64,000 nt of DNA from an uncultured Bacillota bacterium (GCA_949293555.1 CASFDV010000001.1:238605-302604); one strand, 5' to 3'; shown: positions 46,777-55,470, counted from the first letter of the stretch. Made by a program: numbers and translations. Notes: generated by a model not told the origin, from the sequence alone.

Positions 46777-49400
46777 CCTTGACTCCTTCCTCTCCCCTTC
46801 GGGAGCTGCATGGTGATGCAGTGGATGTTGCCTCCGCCCAAGAGTATCTCCCGGGAGTAGACCTGATGCACCTCTTTCTCCGGGAAGAGGCCCTGGACGA
46901 TCCGCAGCGCGACCTCGTCCTCCTTCACATGGAAAGCGGGGAGGATCACGAACTCCTTCCCCTGGTAGAAGTTCACGTAGCTTGCGGCGAGCCTCCTCCC
47001 AGCCAGCCTCTTGTCCCTCGTCGTCCTCGTCGCGCTGACGCCCCTGGCCTCGCGCTCGCTGATATAAAGCGCCGGATCCGGGACAGGGATTTTATGGATT
47101 TCAAACGCCCTTCCCTTCGCGTCCCTCGCTTCAAGAAGGGCCTCGTATGTCGCCCGGCAATAGGCGTACTGGGGATCGTCCTTGTTCTCGGTCCAGGCCA
47201 TCGCCAGGACCCCGGGCCGGACGAAGGCGACCATGTTGTCGATGTGCTCGTCCGTCTCGTCCTCATATATCCCGTGGGGGACCCACACGACCTTCTCCAC
47301 GCCAAGGTACTCGCGAAGGACCTCCTCGATCTCGACGCGCCGGAGGGTCGGGTTCCTCCCTTTCGAAAGGAGGCATGCCTCGGTCGCGATGAGGGTGCCC
47401 TCCCCGTCGACCGCGATCGACCCGCCTTCCAGGACGAAGGTCGGGTGCTCGTAGGAAAGCATGCGCATCCTCCGGGCAAGGATCCTCGAGATCCGGTCGT
47501 CGTCCTTGTAGTTGGAATATAGCCCGTCGTAGTCCCCGCCCCAGGCATTGAAGCGAAAGTCGACGGCCCGCACCGCGCCTTTCCCGTTGGCGACGAAGAG
47601 GGGCAGGGAGTCCCTGGCCCACGCGTCGTTATAGCGGATCGAGAAGGTCTCGATGTTCTCGTGCCCCTCGAAAATCGCGCCGGCCTTCTTCCTGATCGAG
47701 GGATGGATCCCCACCATGACCTTCTCATGCCTGGCGATCGCCTTCGCGACCTCGAGATAGTTCTCCTGCGCGGGAAGGCCGTGCTCGCGCCAGGTGTCCG
47801 CGCGATAGGGAACGAGGAGGAAGGTGCACTCATGCTCGTCCCCTTCGAAGGGAAGGGAGTAGCCGTCCTGCAAAGGGATCGTGAGGCGGTTCTCTTGATA
47901 GTCCTCGAGCCTCCGCTGGACCGTGGGGTACCTTTTCCACGACTCGCGGTCGATGATCTCGAACCCATCGGGGTAGCTCTTGAGAAGAGTGACCCCTCCC
48001 TCCATCAGGCGCTTCACCTTCCGGATCAATTCCTCGCTCCAGACCTCCCCCGGGGAGATGATGGGGATTCCCGGCGGGTACATCATGACCTGCTCCTTGC
48101 TGATCTCCCCATCGAGTTCTTCGATGGGGACGACCTTGCCCGGCGCGTGGAAGGCGCTCCTGGGACGGACGAGCATGAAGGGGTTCCCGGAGATAAAGTG
48201 GTGGATCGGGTAGCTGACCTCTCCCTTGAAATGTTCCTTCGAGATCGCCCGGAGGCCTTCGAGGAGGCGCTCGACGTGCTCCTTTTCGCTCCCGATGGCG
48301 AATATCCCGAGGAGCGCGTATGTTTCCGCGAGCTCCATCTGCACCCCGTGCTTCTCACGAAGAAGGCGGAATGCCTCGAAGCCGTTGATGTCGAGGCCTT
48401 CAAGCCCGATCAGAAGCTTCGTCTCGTCGTAGTCGAAGGCGCCCCGCGCAAGGTAGCGTTCCTTCGTCTCCGGCACGAAGCCCGGGATCTTGGCGATCTC
48501 CTCCCTCGCGTAGCGGGCGAGCGCCATTATCTCCTCCTGCCGCCTCTTCCCTTCCTCGCTCGCCATATAGGCGCGGGCCCCGTCAAGAGAGGCCAGGAGC
48601 AGGGTGGAAGGCGAGGTCGAGGTAAGGATGTTCAGCGCTTTCCTGACGTCGGAAGGCTGGTAGATGCCGCGCCTCAGGAGGAGGACCGAGCTCTGGGTGA
48701 GGGAGCCCCCGGTCTTATGGACGGAAAGGGAGGACATGTCCGCGCCCGCTTCCATCGCGCTCATGGGGCTTCCTTCCGAATGGAAGTAGTAATGCGCCCC
48801 ATGGGCCTCGTCTACAAGGACGGCCATCTTGTGCGAATGCGCCAGTTCGACGATCTCCTTCAAGGGAGGGACGTCCCCGAAGTAGGTAGGGTTGATGACG
48901 AAGACCGCCTTCGCGGACGGATGGCGGAGGATCGCCTTCCTATAGCTTGCCAGCGTGGGCTGGTTCGCGATCTCGAGGTTCGGATCCACCTCCGGCATCA
49001 CGTAGACAGGAACGGCGCCCGAAAGGATGAGCGCGTTCACGACCGACTTATGGACGTTCCGCGGGAGGATCACCTTCTCTCCCGCCTTCAAGGAGGCAAG
49101 GAACATCGTCAGGATGCCGCCCGTCGTCCCGTTCACGAGGAAGAAGGCGTCGTCCGCCCCGCAATGGGCGGCCATGAGCTCCTGCGCCTCCTTGATCGCC
49201 CCCGTAGGACGGGAGAGGTTGTCCATCCCCATCGGGGCGTTCTCGTCGTTCCGGAAGCATTCCTCTCCAATGATGCGGGAAGCCGGGTTCCTTGCTCCCG
49301 AAAGATGGTGGCCGGGCACGTCGAAAGGCGCGACCGCTTCCGAGCGGTACTCTTCCATCGCCTCGAGGAAGGGCGCGCGACGCTGATCAAGTTCTTTCAC
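46773..49400 (-). CDS. Fusion: Orn/Lys/Arg-decarboxylase-family PLP enzyme (arginine decarboxylase-like) + agmatine deiminase
   Basis: The N-terminal half has FDVPGHH, DEAHGAH and SVHKTGGSL (PLP Lys), at about nt 47886-49400. The C-terminal half has LPFEGDEHECTFLLVPYRADTWR ... GGGNIHCITMQ (deiminase Cys), at about nt 46776-47885. The start is proposed at GTG 49400; the track start at 49502 overlaps the upstream gene by 74 nt. Confidence 0.85.
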   Translation of the reverse strand: MKELDQRRAPFLEAMEEYRSEAVAPFDVPGHHLSGARNPASRIIGEECFRNDENAPMGMDNLSRPTGAIKEAQELMAAHCGADDAFFLVNGTTGGILTMFLASLKAGEKVILPRNVHKSVVNALILSGAVPVYVMPEVDPNLEIANQPTLASYRKAILRHPSAKAVFVINPTYFGDVPPLKEIVELAHSHKMAVLVDEAHGAHYYFHSEGSPMSAMEAGADMSSLSVHKTGGSLTQSSVLLLRRGIYQPSDVRKALNILTSTSPSTLLLASLDGARAYMASEEGKRRQEEIMALARYAREEIAKIPGFVPETKERYLARGAFDYDETKLLIGLEGLDINGFEAFRLLREKHGVQMELAETYALLGIFAIGSEKEHVERLLEGLRAISKEHFKGEVSYPIHHFISGNPFMLVRPRSAFHAPGKVVPIEELDGEISKEQVMMYPPGIPIISPGEVWSEELIRKVKRLMEGGVTLLKSYPDGFEIIDRESWKRYPTVQRRLEDYQENRLTIPLQDGYSLPFEGDEHECTFLLVPYRADTWREHGLPAQENYLEVAKAIARHEKVMVGIHPSIRKKAGAIFEGHENIETFSIRYNDAWARDSLPLFVANGKGAVRAVDFRFNAWGGDYDGLYSNYKDDDRISRILARRMRMLSYEHPTFVLEGGSIAVDGEGTLIATEACLLSKGRNPTLRRVEIEEVLREYLGVEKVVWVPHGIYEDETDEHIDNMVAFVRPGVLAMAWTENKDDPQYAYCRATYEALLEARDAKGRAFEIHKIPVPDPALYISEREARGVSATRTTRDKRLAGRRLAASYVNFYQGKEFVILPAFHVKEDEVALRIVQGLFPEKEVHQVYSREILLGGGNIHCITMQLPKGRGRSQG

Positions 49401-49408
49401 AAGTTGAG

Positions 49409-49414
49409 ATTGTA
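49409..49414 (-). promoter_or_regulatory. -10 box TACAAT, 8 nt upstream of GTG 49400 (leaderless-type)
   Basis: The minus strand reads GCTACAAT-CTCAACTT-GTG. Confidence 0.4.
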
Positions 49415-49428
49415 GCGGACTCCGCGTT

Positions 49429-50220
49429 CTAAAGAAGACCAAGGAGCCCAAACTTCTCAAGGCCGTCGAGCACTCCTTCCTCATCGACGGGCTTCGCGAC
49501 ATAGGCGGCGGCCTTCTTGAGTTCCTCCTTCGCGTTCCCCATGGCGACGAACGTCCCGACCGAGGCCGCCATTCCTAAGTCCGTCACGTCGTCTCCGAAG
49601 CCCATGGCTTCTTCTTTATCAAGGCCAAGCTCCGCAAGGAGGAGGGAGACCGCGGGCCCTTTGTCGTGAGGGCGGGAGATGACGTCCACGGAAAAAGGCG
49701 TATAGCGGTCGAAAGTGAGCCTCGGGTTCATCCTCTCCATCATCTTGTCCGTGGAGGGGTCGCTGAACAAGTTGATGGTCGTAACCATCTCCCCGCCGTA
49801 GGCGCGGAAAGGCGGGCGTCCTTCCTCGAAATGGCTGTAGAACTCGATTGCCTCCGGAGAATCCCCGCCGATTCGAATCCGTTTCTTCGACATGACGATT
49901 TCGAAAGAAAGACCAAGGGTTCGCGCGGTTTTTATGAATAGCCGGACATCAAGAGGATGGATTTCGTCCATATGGACGATTCTCCCGCCCAGGACGACGA
50001 GTGAGCCGGAGGAGGCAATGTAGCCGTCCCAAGGAATCCCAAGGTCAAGCGTACCGATGCGGCGGAACGAGTCGTAGGGCCTTGCGGTGGAAAGGAAGAG
50101 AAGGGTTTCGGGCCTTCTCTCCTTCAGCTTCCTCAAGGCCTCCGCGGAGGAAGGCGAAAAGCGCCTTGCCCTGTTGTCGAACAGGGTGCCGTCGATGTCG
50201 AAGAATATCGCTCGGATCAT
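49429..50220 (-). CDS. Cof-type HAD-IIB phosphatase
   Basis: IFFDIDGTLF, C2-cap-sized insert, GDDVTDLGM. Confidence 0.85.
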   Translation of the reverse strand: MIRAIFFDIDGTLFDNRARRFSPSSAEALRKLKERRPETLLFLSTARPYDSFRRIGTLDLGIPWDGYIASSGSLVVLGGRIVHMDEIHPLDVRLFIKTARTLGLSFEIVMSKKRIRIGGDSPEAIEFYSHFEEGRPPFRAYGGEMVTTINLFSDPSTDKMMERMNPRLTFDRYTPFSVDVISRPHDKGPAVSLLLAELGLDKEEAMGFGDDVTDLGMAASVGTFVAMGNAKEELKKAAAYVAKPVDEEGVLDGLEKFGLLGLL

Positions 50221-51953
50221 TCCTCATCCTCTTTTGAGAACCGCTTACGGTAGGCGTCCTTCAGGGATTGGTTGAACTTCCTGAGGTCCTCCAGGGGGAA
50301 CCTGCATTCGGACCGGCCTTCGTCCGCGATCCCGTTCGTCTCGTCCTCCACGTCCGCGAGCTGGGTGTAGACGCTGAGCGCGGCCCCCGCGCGCTCGATG
50401 TCCCTCCGGATATGCCCGAAGACGCGCCCTATCGCGCGGACGAGCCCCTTCCTTGAGAAAACAGGCCGCCAGACGGCAAGGTGCATCGGACGGAAATAGC
50501 CCACTCCCCCGAACTCGGAGATCGCGATGAGCCTCTCGCCCTTCTTGGGGACCGGGTAGCCGAAGTAATGGTGGTATCCGCGGATGTCCCCGGAGCCCTT
50601 GTCGAACCAGCCGGAGGCGGATTCGATGAGAAAGCCAGGCGAGCGCTGGGCCATATGGCTCGTGAGCCTCTTGGTATCGAACTGTCCCCAACCTTCGTTG
50701 AAAAGGACGTGGACCAGGATGGCCCCGTAGCGTCTCGTGAGCGCGAGATACAGATCAAGGTCCTGCTCGAAGGCGGCCCTCCCCGAGGCGGACCTCCTCC
50801 CGAGGCGCGGGTTCGCGACGTCGTCCCTGTCCCCTCCCAGAAGCCCGAGGAGGCTGTTCCGGACGAACGGGATCGCCTCCCCTCCGGCCGGGACGTCCTG
50901 CATGACCGCGAGGCCCAGCCTCGCCGCCATGTGATAGAAGACGGGCGGCTCGATCTTCATGTGCTTCCTAACGCCCTGGAAGCCGGCGCGCTTGGCAAGG
51001 AGAAGGTCGTCTGCCATCTCCTCCATGGTAGCGGTCATCCCGCCTTCCCCGTGGTAGCCCTGGTCGAGGACGAGGGAAAGGTACTGGGGGCTGCCGTTCA
51101 ATAGAAGGACAGGGCCCTCCTTCCCCCTGGACCGCTCGACCTTCCGGAACAGGAAGCTGCTCTGGACGAGGTCCTCCCCGTAATGGATGAGAAGCTCGTA
51201 GACGGCAGGGTTTTCCGAGGACCAGGGGTAGAATTCGTAGCGAAGGTCGATCCTTGCCCCGAGGTTCTCGTCGAAGGAGGCTTCCCCGACCTTCCTCCCG
51301 TCGAGGAAGCATTCCGCCCAGGCATCCTCGAGCGGCGCTTCCGCGGCATCCAGGAAGATGTTCACGGAACGCTGGTCGTAGACAGGCTCCACCTGGATGG
51401 CCTTCACGAACGGGCCTTCCGGGAGAAGCTCCAGGATCACGCTTTGCCAAATTCCCGATGTCTCGCGATAGTAGATTCCGCCGGGGCGCACCCATTGCTT
51501 CCCGCGGTAGAAGCGAGGGTCCTGCACATCGTCCCTCGCGACTACCTCCAGCACATTCCTCCTGGAAAGGAAGGGCACCTGGGCGCTGAAAGGGAAGTAC
51601 CCGCCTTCGTGGTGACGCACCTTCGCCCCGTTCCAGTAGACGTCGGCGATCTGGTCGACCGCCATGAACTTCAGGAGGCCCCTTCTTCCGACCCACTCCT
51701 TCGGGACGATGACCTCCTTCCGGTAATGGAGGTAGGAGCCCTTCCGGATGATGATCCCGAGCCCCGACCTCTTGCACTCAGGGGCGTAGGGAATCCTTAT
51801 CTCCTTCGGATAGGCAAGGGGCATCTTCTCCTCAGGGGTGATGGAAAACTCCCACTGCCCGTCCAAAAGAAGGTACGGCTTTCTTACGAAATATGGGTCC
51901 GGATGACCGCCGTAGGCCCGCACGAGCCTTTCGCTGTCGTCAGGAAAGAACAT
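50217..51953 (-). CDS. Glycoside hydrolase family 2-like protein
   Basis: 578 aa. Sugar-binding-domain pattern (VDQIADVYWNGAKVRHHEGGYFPF) and TIM-barrel NEGWGQ motif. No signal peptide. Confidence 0.72.
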   Translation of the reverse strand: MFFPDDSERLVRAYGGHPDPYFVRKPYLLLDGQWEFSITPEEKMPLAYPKEIRIPYAPECKRSGLGIIIRKGSYLHYRKEVIVPKEWVGRRGLLKFMAVDQIADVYWNGAKVRHHEGGYFPFSAQVPFLSRRNVLEVVARDDVQDPRFYRGKQWVRPGGIYYRETSGIWQSVILELLPEGPFVKAIQVEPVYDQRSVNIFLDAAEAPLEDAWAECFLDGRKVGEASFDENLGARIDLRYEFYPWSSENPAVYELLIHYGEDLVQSSFLFRKVERSRGKEGPVLLLNGSPQYLSLVLDQGYHGEGGMTATMEEMADDLLLAKRAGFQGVRKHMKIEPPVFYHMAARLGLAVMQDVPAGGEAIPFVRNSLLGLLGGDRDDVANPRLGRRSASGRAAFEQDLDLYLALTRRYGAILVHVLFNEGWGQFDTKRLTSHMAQRSPGFLIESASGWFDKGSGDIRGYHHYFGYPVPKKGERLIAISEFGGVGYFRPMHLAVWRPVFSRKGLVRAIGRVFGHIRRDIERAGAALSVYTQLADVEDETNGIADEGRSECRFPLEDLRKFNQSLKDAYRKRFSKEDEE

Positions 51954-51959
51954 GGGCTA

Positions 51960-51965
51960 ATCTTA
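51960..51965 (-). promoter_or_regulatory. -10-like TAAGAT, 6 nt upstream of the GH2 ATG (leaderless-type)
   Basis: The minus strand reads GGTAAGAT-TAGCCC-ATG. Confidence 0.4.
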
Positions 51966-51998
51966 CCAAAGACGACACGTTCCACGGGAAGAAGGCCA

Positions 51999-53186
51999 AT
52001 GAAAGACATGCGCGCGGAAATGAAGGAAGGGATCGCTTCGCTCGAGGCGGGCGCCTACCTTCTCGTAGACTACGAGGGGAGGCATCCTCTCCTCCCACGC
52101 CTCCAGAAGCATATCAACCTGACGAGGAAGTCCTTCTTCCTCTTCGGGAAGGACGGAAGCCTCCAGATACTCGCCCAGGCCCTGGACGCGGCGCTCCTTT
52201 CATCCTCCGGGATCGAAGGGGAAATCGTTTCCTACCGGACGTGGAAGGAACAGCAGGACCTTCTTCTTAAGATGACCGGGAAGGTCGAGGGCCCCATCCT
52301 CATGGACATAAGCGAGAAAGGCTCCCTAATGCCGGTCGCCCTGGCCGACTACGGGACCGTCCGTTTCCTCATCGACGAGGGGAGGGACATCAGAAGCGCC
52401 TCCTCCCTTGTCTCAACGCTTCTCTCCCATATCGACGAGGAAGGATTCCGGAGCCAGAGGGAAGCCGCAGCATTCCTTCTGGAAGCGAAAGACAGTGCCT
52501 TCTCCCTGATCGGAGAAGAGATCCGCAGAAACGGGCAAAGCGACGAGCTCCGCATCCAGCGCTTCCTCATGGACCTCTTCGAGCAAAGAGGGTACGTCAC
52601 CGACGAGCCGCCGATCGTCGCAATCGGGAAAAACGCGAGAAGCCCCCACTACTCCCCCAGCGAGGAATCTCATTCGCCTATCCGAAAGGGAGATCTTATC
52701 CTCATCGATCTCTGGGCGAAATCTAAGAAAGAAGACTCAATCTACGCGGATATCACTTGGATGGCGTACGCAGGCAAGGATCCCGCCGACGCCTATCGGA
52801 AACGTTTCGCGGTCCTTCGCGAGGCCGCCGATCTCTGTTTCGGCTTCATCAAGGAGCACTACCCGAAGCGGCCCATCCATGGCCATGAGGCGGACATCGC
52901 CGCCCGCTCCTATATCGAGATCGCAGGCTACGGGGAGTATTTCACCCACCGGACCGGGCACTCCATCGCCGGGGACGAAGGCCCTCATGGGAAAGGCACG
53001 AACCTCGACGACTACGAGACGCATGACGACAGGCTCCTGATGGACGGAACATCCTTTTCCATCGAGCCCGGCATATACGCCCCGGACTTCGGGATGCGCC
53101 TTGAGACGGACGTCGCCATCGAAGGCGGAGTCCCGCGGATCGTCGCCGGAAGGCAGGAAGAGATCGTCCGGATCCCCGTCGAATAG
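51999..53186 (+). CDS. M24-family Xaa-Pro peptidase/aminopeptidase P-like
   Basis: 395 aa from ATG 51999; the upstream part of the track ORF is antisense to the GH2 gene. Pita-bread motifs: DLWAK..., HGHEADIAARSY, HRTGHSIA, FSIEPGIY. Confidence 0.85.
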   Translation: MKDMRAEMKEGIASLEAGAYLLVDYEGRHPLLPRLQKHINLTRKSFFLFGKDGSLQILAQALDAALLSSSGIEGEIVSYRTWKEQQDLLLKMTGKVEGPILMDISEKGSLMPVALADYGTVRFLIDEGRDIRSASSLVSTLLSHIDEEGFRSQREAAAFLLEAKDSAFSLIGEEIRRNGQSDELRIQRFLMDLFEQRGYVTDEPPIVAIGKNARSPHYSPSEESHSPIRKGDLILIDLWAKSKKEDSIYADITWMAYAGKDPADAYRKRFAVLREAADLCFGFIKEHYPKRPIHGHEADIAARSYIEIAGYGEYFTHRTGHSIAGDEGPHGKGTNLDDYETHDDRLLMDGTSFSIEPGIYAPDFGMRLETDVAIEGGVPRIVAGRQEEIVRIPVE

Positions 53187-53211
53187 AAAAAGGAGGCCGC
53201 GAGCCTCCTTT
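53187..53211. terminator. Bidirectional stem-loop between convergent genes
   Basis: AAGGAGGC-cgcga-GCCTCCTT, flanked by an A-run and a T-run. Confidence 0.6.
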
Positions 53212-53224
53212 CCCTTGGTCCCTC

Positions 53225-54421
53225 CTAGCCGAGAAGCGATGCCAGCCAGCGGGAGAACTCTTCCTCCTGGGCCTCGTCCATCTTAAAGTTCGCGCGGAAG
53301 CCGGTCAGCACCTTGCACTTCAGCTGCTTCATGCGCTCGGTGAGGTTCGGAACCGCTTCGCCGCTCCAACCGTAGTCGCCGAACGCGGAGGCCGTCTTCC
53401 CCTGCGCCTTGGTCCAGGGAAGGCCGTTCAGAATGTCGTAGAAGAGGACGATCGCGTCGCCCGCGAGGGTCGGCGAGCCAAGGAGGAAGGTCCCGGAACG
53501 GAGGATGTCCTTCAGGACGAGGGGCTTCTCCTCCTTGTAGTTCAGCGCGTCGATGATATGGAGGCGAACCTCCTTCCCGTGTTCCTTGAGGAACGCGGCA
53601 GTCCTTTCCGCGATCTCCTTCGTATACCCATAGGCCGAGGCCGCGCAGATGGTGACGACATTCGGGTCGTTCACGGGAAGGCCTTCTTCGGCAAGGCAAC
53701 GGTAAAGCCTCACCTGCTCCATGGGATTCTCGTCGATGATGCAGCCGTGGCCCGGAAGGATGAGGGATATGTCGAGCTTCTCGACGAGGTCGCACGCCTT
53801 AATGACGAAGGAGGGGAAGGGTCCCATGATGTTCTCGAAGTAGTAGCGGAGCGCCTTGTAATACCCCTCCTTGTCCGGCTCCTTCGAAAGGAAGATCGCG
53901 TCGCTTGCGAAGTGAGCGCCGAAGGCATCGCAGGAGACGAGGGCCTTCAGCTCATGGATGTAGGTGAACATCACGTCCGGCCAATGGAGGTTCGTCCCGG
54001 GGACGAAGGAGAAGGTGTAGCCGCCGATCTCCATGTCCTTCCCCGGGGTCATCTGGACCTTCTCGAAGGGCTTCCGGAGAATCTTCTGGAGGTTCATGAG
54101 GGCAGGCCCGCTCGCGACGACGGTGAGGGCGGGGTTCCTTTCAAGGAGCATGTGGATCGCTCCTGAGTGGTCGGGCTCCGTGTGGGTGACGAAGAGATAG
54201 CGGATCTCCTCCAGGGGGCAAACTTCCTCGATATGGGCGATCTGTTCCCCGCCGAAGGCTTCCTTGCTTCCTTCGAAGAGGACGAAGCCTTCCTTCGTCC
54301 TGAGGAGATAGGAGTTATAGGAGGTCCCGCACTCCGTGAGGATGGCGACGTCGAACACCTTGAGGGAATGGTCCACCACCCCGACGTAGTAGAGGTCCTT
54401 CGTGATTTCCTGGATATGCAT
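53225..54421 (-). CDS. FprA-type flavodiiron protein (metallo-beta-lactamase + flavodoxin domains)
   Basis: 398 aa from ATG 54421. It has HTEPDHSGA di-iron motif and a C-terminal flavodoxin-like domain. TATAAT lies 31 nt upstream, with an AGGAAG SD. Confidence 0.88.
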   Translation of the reverse strand: MHIQEITKDLYYVGVVDHSLKVFDVAILTECGTSYNSYLLRTKEGFVLFEGSKEAFGGEQIAHIEEVCPLEEIRYLFVTHTEPDHSGAIHMLLERNPALTVVASGPALMNLQKILRKPFEKVQMTPGKDMEIGGYTFSFVPGTNLHWPDVMFTYIHELKALVSCDAFGAHFASDAIFLSKEPDKEGYYKALRYYFENIMGPFPSFVIKACDLVEKLDISLILPGHGCIIDENPMEQVRLYRCLAEEGLPVNDPNVVTICAASAYGYTKEIAERTAAFLKEHGKEVRLHIIDALNYKEEKPLVLKDILRSGTFLLGSPTLAGDAIVLFYDILNGLPWTKAQGKTASAFGDYGWSGEAVPNLTERMKQLKCKVLTGFRANFKMDEAQEEEFSRWLASLLG

Positions 54422-54493
54422 GTCTTCCTGTCCCTTTCCTAGCGGGCGGATTATACCCTGCGGAAGGGCGGATATCCTTGGGGACGCTATATG

Positions 54494-54520
54494 AAAAAGG
54501 GCGCCCCTGCGGGCGCCCCC
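54494..54520 (-). terminator. Intrinsic terminator after hsp20
   Basis: The minus strand reads GGGCGCCC-gcag-GGGCGCCC followed by TTTTT. Confidence 0.75.
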
Positions 54521-54531
54521 GGAAGGGCTCC

Positions 54532-54963
54532 TTACTCGATCGCGATGAGGTGGTCCTTCGGCTCTTCCTTCCTTCCGCTCGGGAAGGAGAGGGTCAGGAT
54601 CCCGTCCTGGTAGGAGGCCTTGATCTTGGTTTCGTCGATGTCGCCGACGTAGAAGCTCCTGCTGACAGCGCCGTAGAAGCGCTCGCGCCGGACGACGTTC
54701 TTGTTCCCGTCCCCCTTCGCAGGGCCCTCCCTCGTGGCCTTGATGGTGAGATAGCCGTCCTTGAAGCTGACGCGGATGTCTTCCTTCCGGAAGCCAGGGA
54801 GCTCCATCTCCATGACGTAGTTCCCGTCCTCGAGATGGACGTCGGTGCTCATCGCCAAGCCCCCGTCGTTGGAGGGGGCGTCCTCGAAGAAGTCCGGGGC
54901 GAAGAAGTCGAGGAGCGGATCGAGAAGGCTGTTCATGTGGGCGTTGGCAAGCTGGAATTTCAT
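54532..54963 (-). CDS. Hsp20/alpha-crystallin small heat-shock protein
   Basis: 143 aa with an alpha-crystallin domain (DVHLEDGNYVMEMELPGFRKEDIRVSFKDGYLTI...ASYQDGILTLSFP). AAGGAGG SD. Confidence 0.9.
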   Translation of the reverse strand: MKFQLANAHMNSLLDPLLDFFAPDFFEDAPSNDGGLAMSTDVHLEDGNYVMEMELPGFRKEDIRVSFKDGYLTIKATREGPAKGDGNKNVVRRERFYGAVSRSFYVGDIDETKIKASYQDGILTLSFPSGRKEEPKDHLIAIE

Positions 54964-54991
54964 AAGGCAATTTCCTCCTTTGCTTTACTTT

Positions 54992-55018
54992 TTAGCACCT
55001 TGTTCTTTCCGGTGCTAG
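54992..55018 (-). promoter_or_regulatory. CIRCE-like inverted repeat (9-N9-9), proximal, over the predicted hsp20 transcription start
   Basis: The minus strand reads CTAGCACCG-N9-AGGTGCTAA, versus the consensus TTAGCACTC-N9-GAGTGCTAA (13/18). Confidence 0.6.
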
Positions 55019-55022
55019 CCAT

Positions 55023-55050
55023 AGTGTACCCCACCCTTTAGCAGTGTCAA
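55023..55050 (-). promoter_or_regulatory. sigma-A-type promoter of hsp20 (-35 TTGACA, 16 nt, -10 TACACT)
   Basis: The minus strand reads TTGACA (55050-55045)-N16-TACACT (55028-55023). Confidence 0.55.
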
Positions 55051-55064
55051 CACCTTACTGCTAA
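55038..55064 (-). promoter_or_regulatory. CIRCE-like inverted repeat (9-N9-9), distal, overlapping the -35 box
   Basis: The minus strand reads TTAGCAGTA-N9-CACTGCTAA (14/18 to consensus; arms complementary at 8/9). Confidence 0.6.
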
Positions 55065-55081
55065 TTTCTTGGAAAAGCCGT

Positions 55082-55405
55082 TCAAACGCTCGGTCCCGGC
55101 AGCCTTTTCAGCACCTCTCCGCGTATATGCTCGAAGGAGAAGAAGGGAGTGTTCCTTATGTCCTCCGTCTCCATCACCGCGCGCCTGACCTCGCTTTCCA
55201 TGGTGGATAGGATGTAGTCCGCGGCCTCCTCCCGATGGCCGTTCTCCGCCATGTCCCAGCCTTCCTTGGCCGCCGTGCCGATCATGGGAAGATGGACCTT
55301 CGCCCGCCCGCTGATGAGGAGGCGGAGGGAATCCCCCGTCACTCCCGAGAGGAAGATGAGCAGGTCGCTGAGGCCCGCCCGGTCGCCATGCCATTCGTAT
55401 CTCAT
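55082..55405 (-). CDS. Hypothetical 107-aa cytoplasmic protein
   Basis: The ORF has its own -10 (TATAAG) 5 nt upstream and follows a terminator. No family was confidently recognised. There is only a faint resemblance of GLSDLLIFLSGVTGDSLRLLIS to DRTGG-domain proteins. Confidence 0.45.
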   Translation of the reverse strand: MRYEWHGDRAGLSDLLIFLSGVTGDSLRLLISGRAKVHLPMIGTAAKEGWDMAENGHREEAADYILSTMESEVRRAVMETEDIRNTPFFSFEHIRGEVLKRLPGPSV

Positions 55406-55410
55406 GCCCT

Positions 55411-55416
55411 CTTATA
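55411..55416 (-). promoter_or_regulatory. -10-like TATAAG, 5 nt upstream of ATG 55405 (leaderless-type)
   Basis: The minus strand reads CCCCCTATAAG-AGGGC-ATG. Confidence 0.35.
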
Positions 55417-55426
55417 GGGGGCCAAA

Positions 55427-55458
55427 GGAAAAGCGCGCCCTATCCAGGCGCGCTTTCC
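55427..55458 (-). terminator. Intrinsic terminator ending the opp-protease operon
   Basis: The minus strand reads GGAAAGCGCGCC-tggatag-GGCGCGCTTTTCC followed by a T-rich run. Confidence 0.7.
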
Positions 55459-55470
55459 TGAAGGAAGGAG

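Noticed and set aside
51183-51998. N-terminal 272-aa extension of the M24 peptidase ORF in the track. The same applies to the extended starts of the ORFs at 53225-54970, 36430, 35492, 11302, 30556 and 3076.
   Set aside because: The extensions overlap well-supported genes on the other strand or in another frame, and they are low-complexity. Conserved N-terminal motifs, together with SD or -10 signals, define the shorter starts used here.
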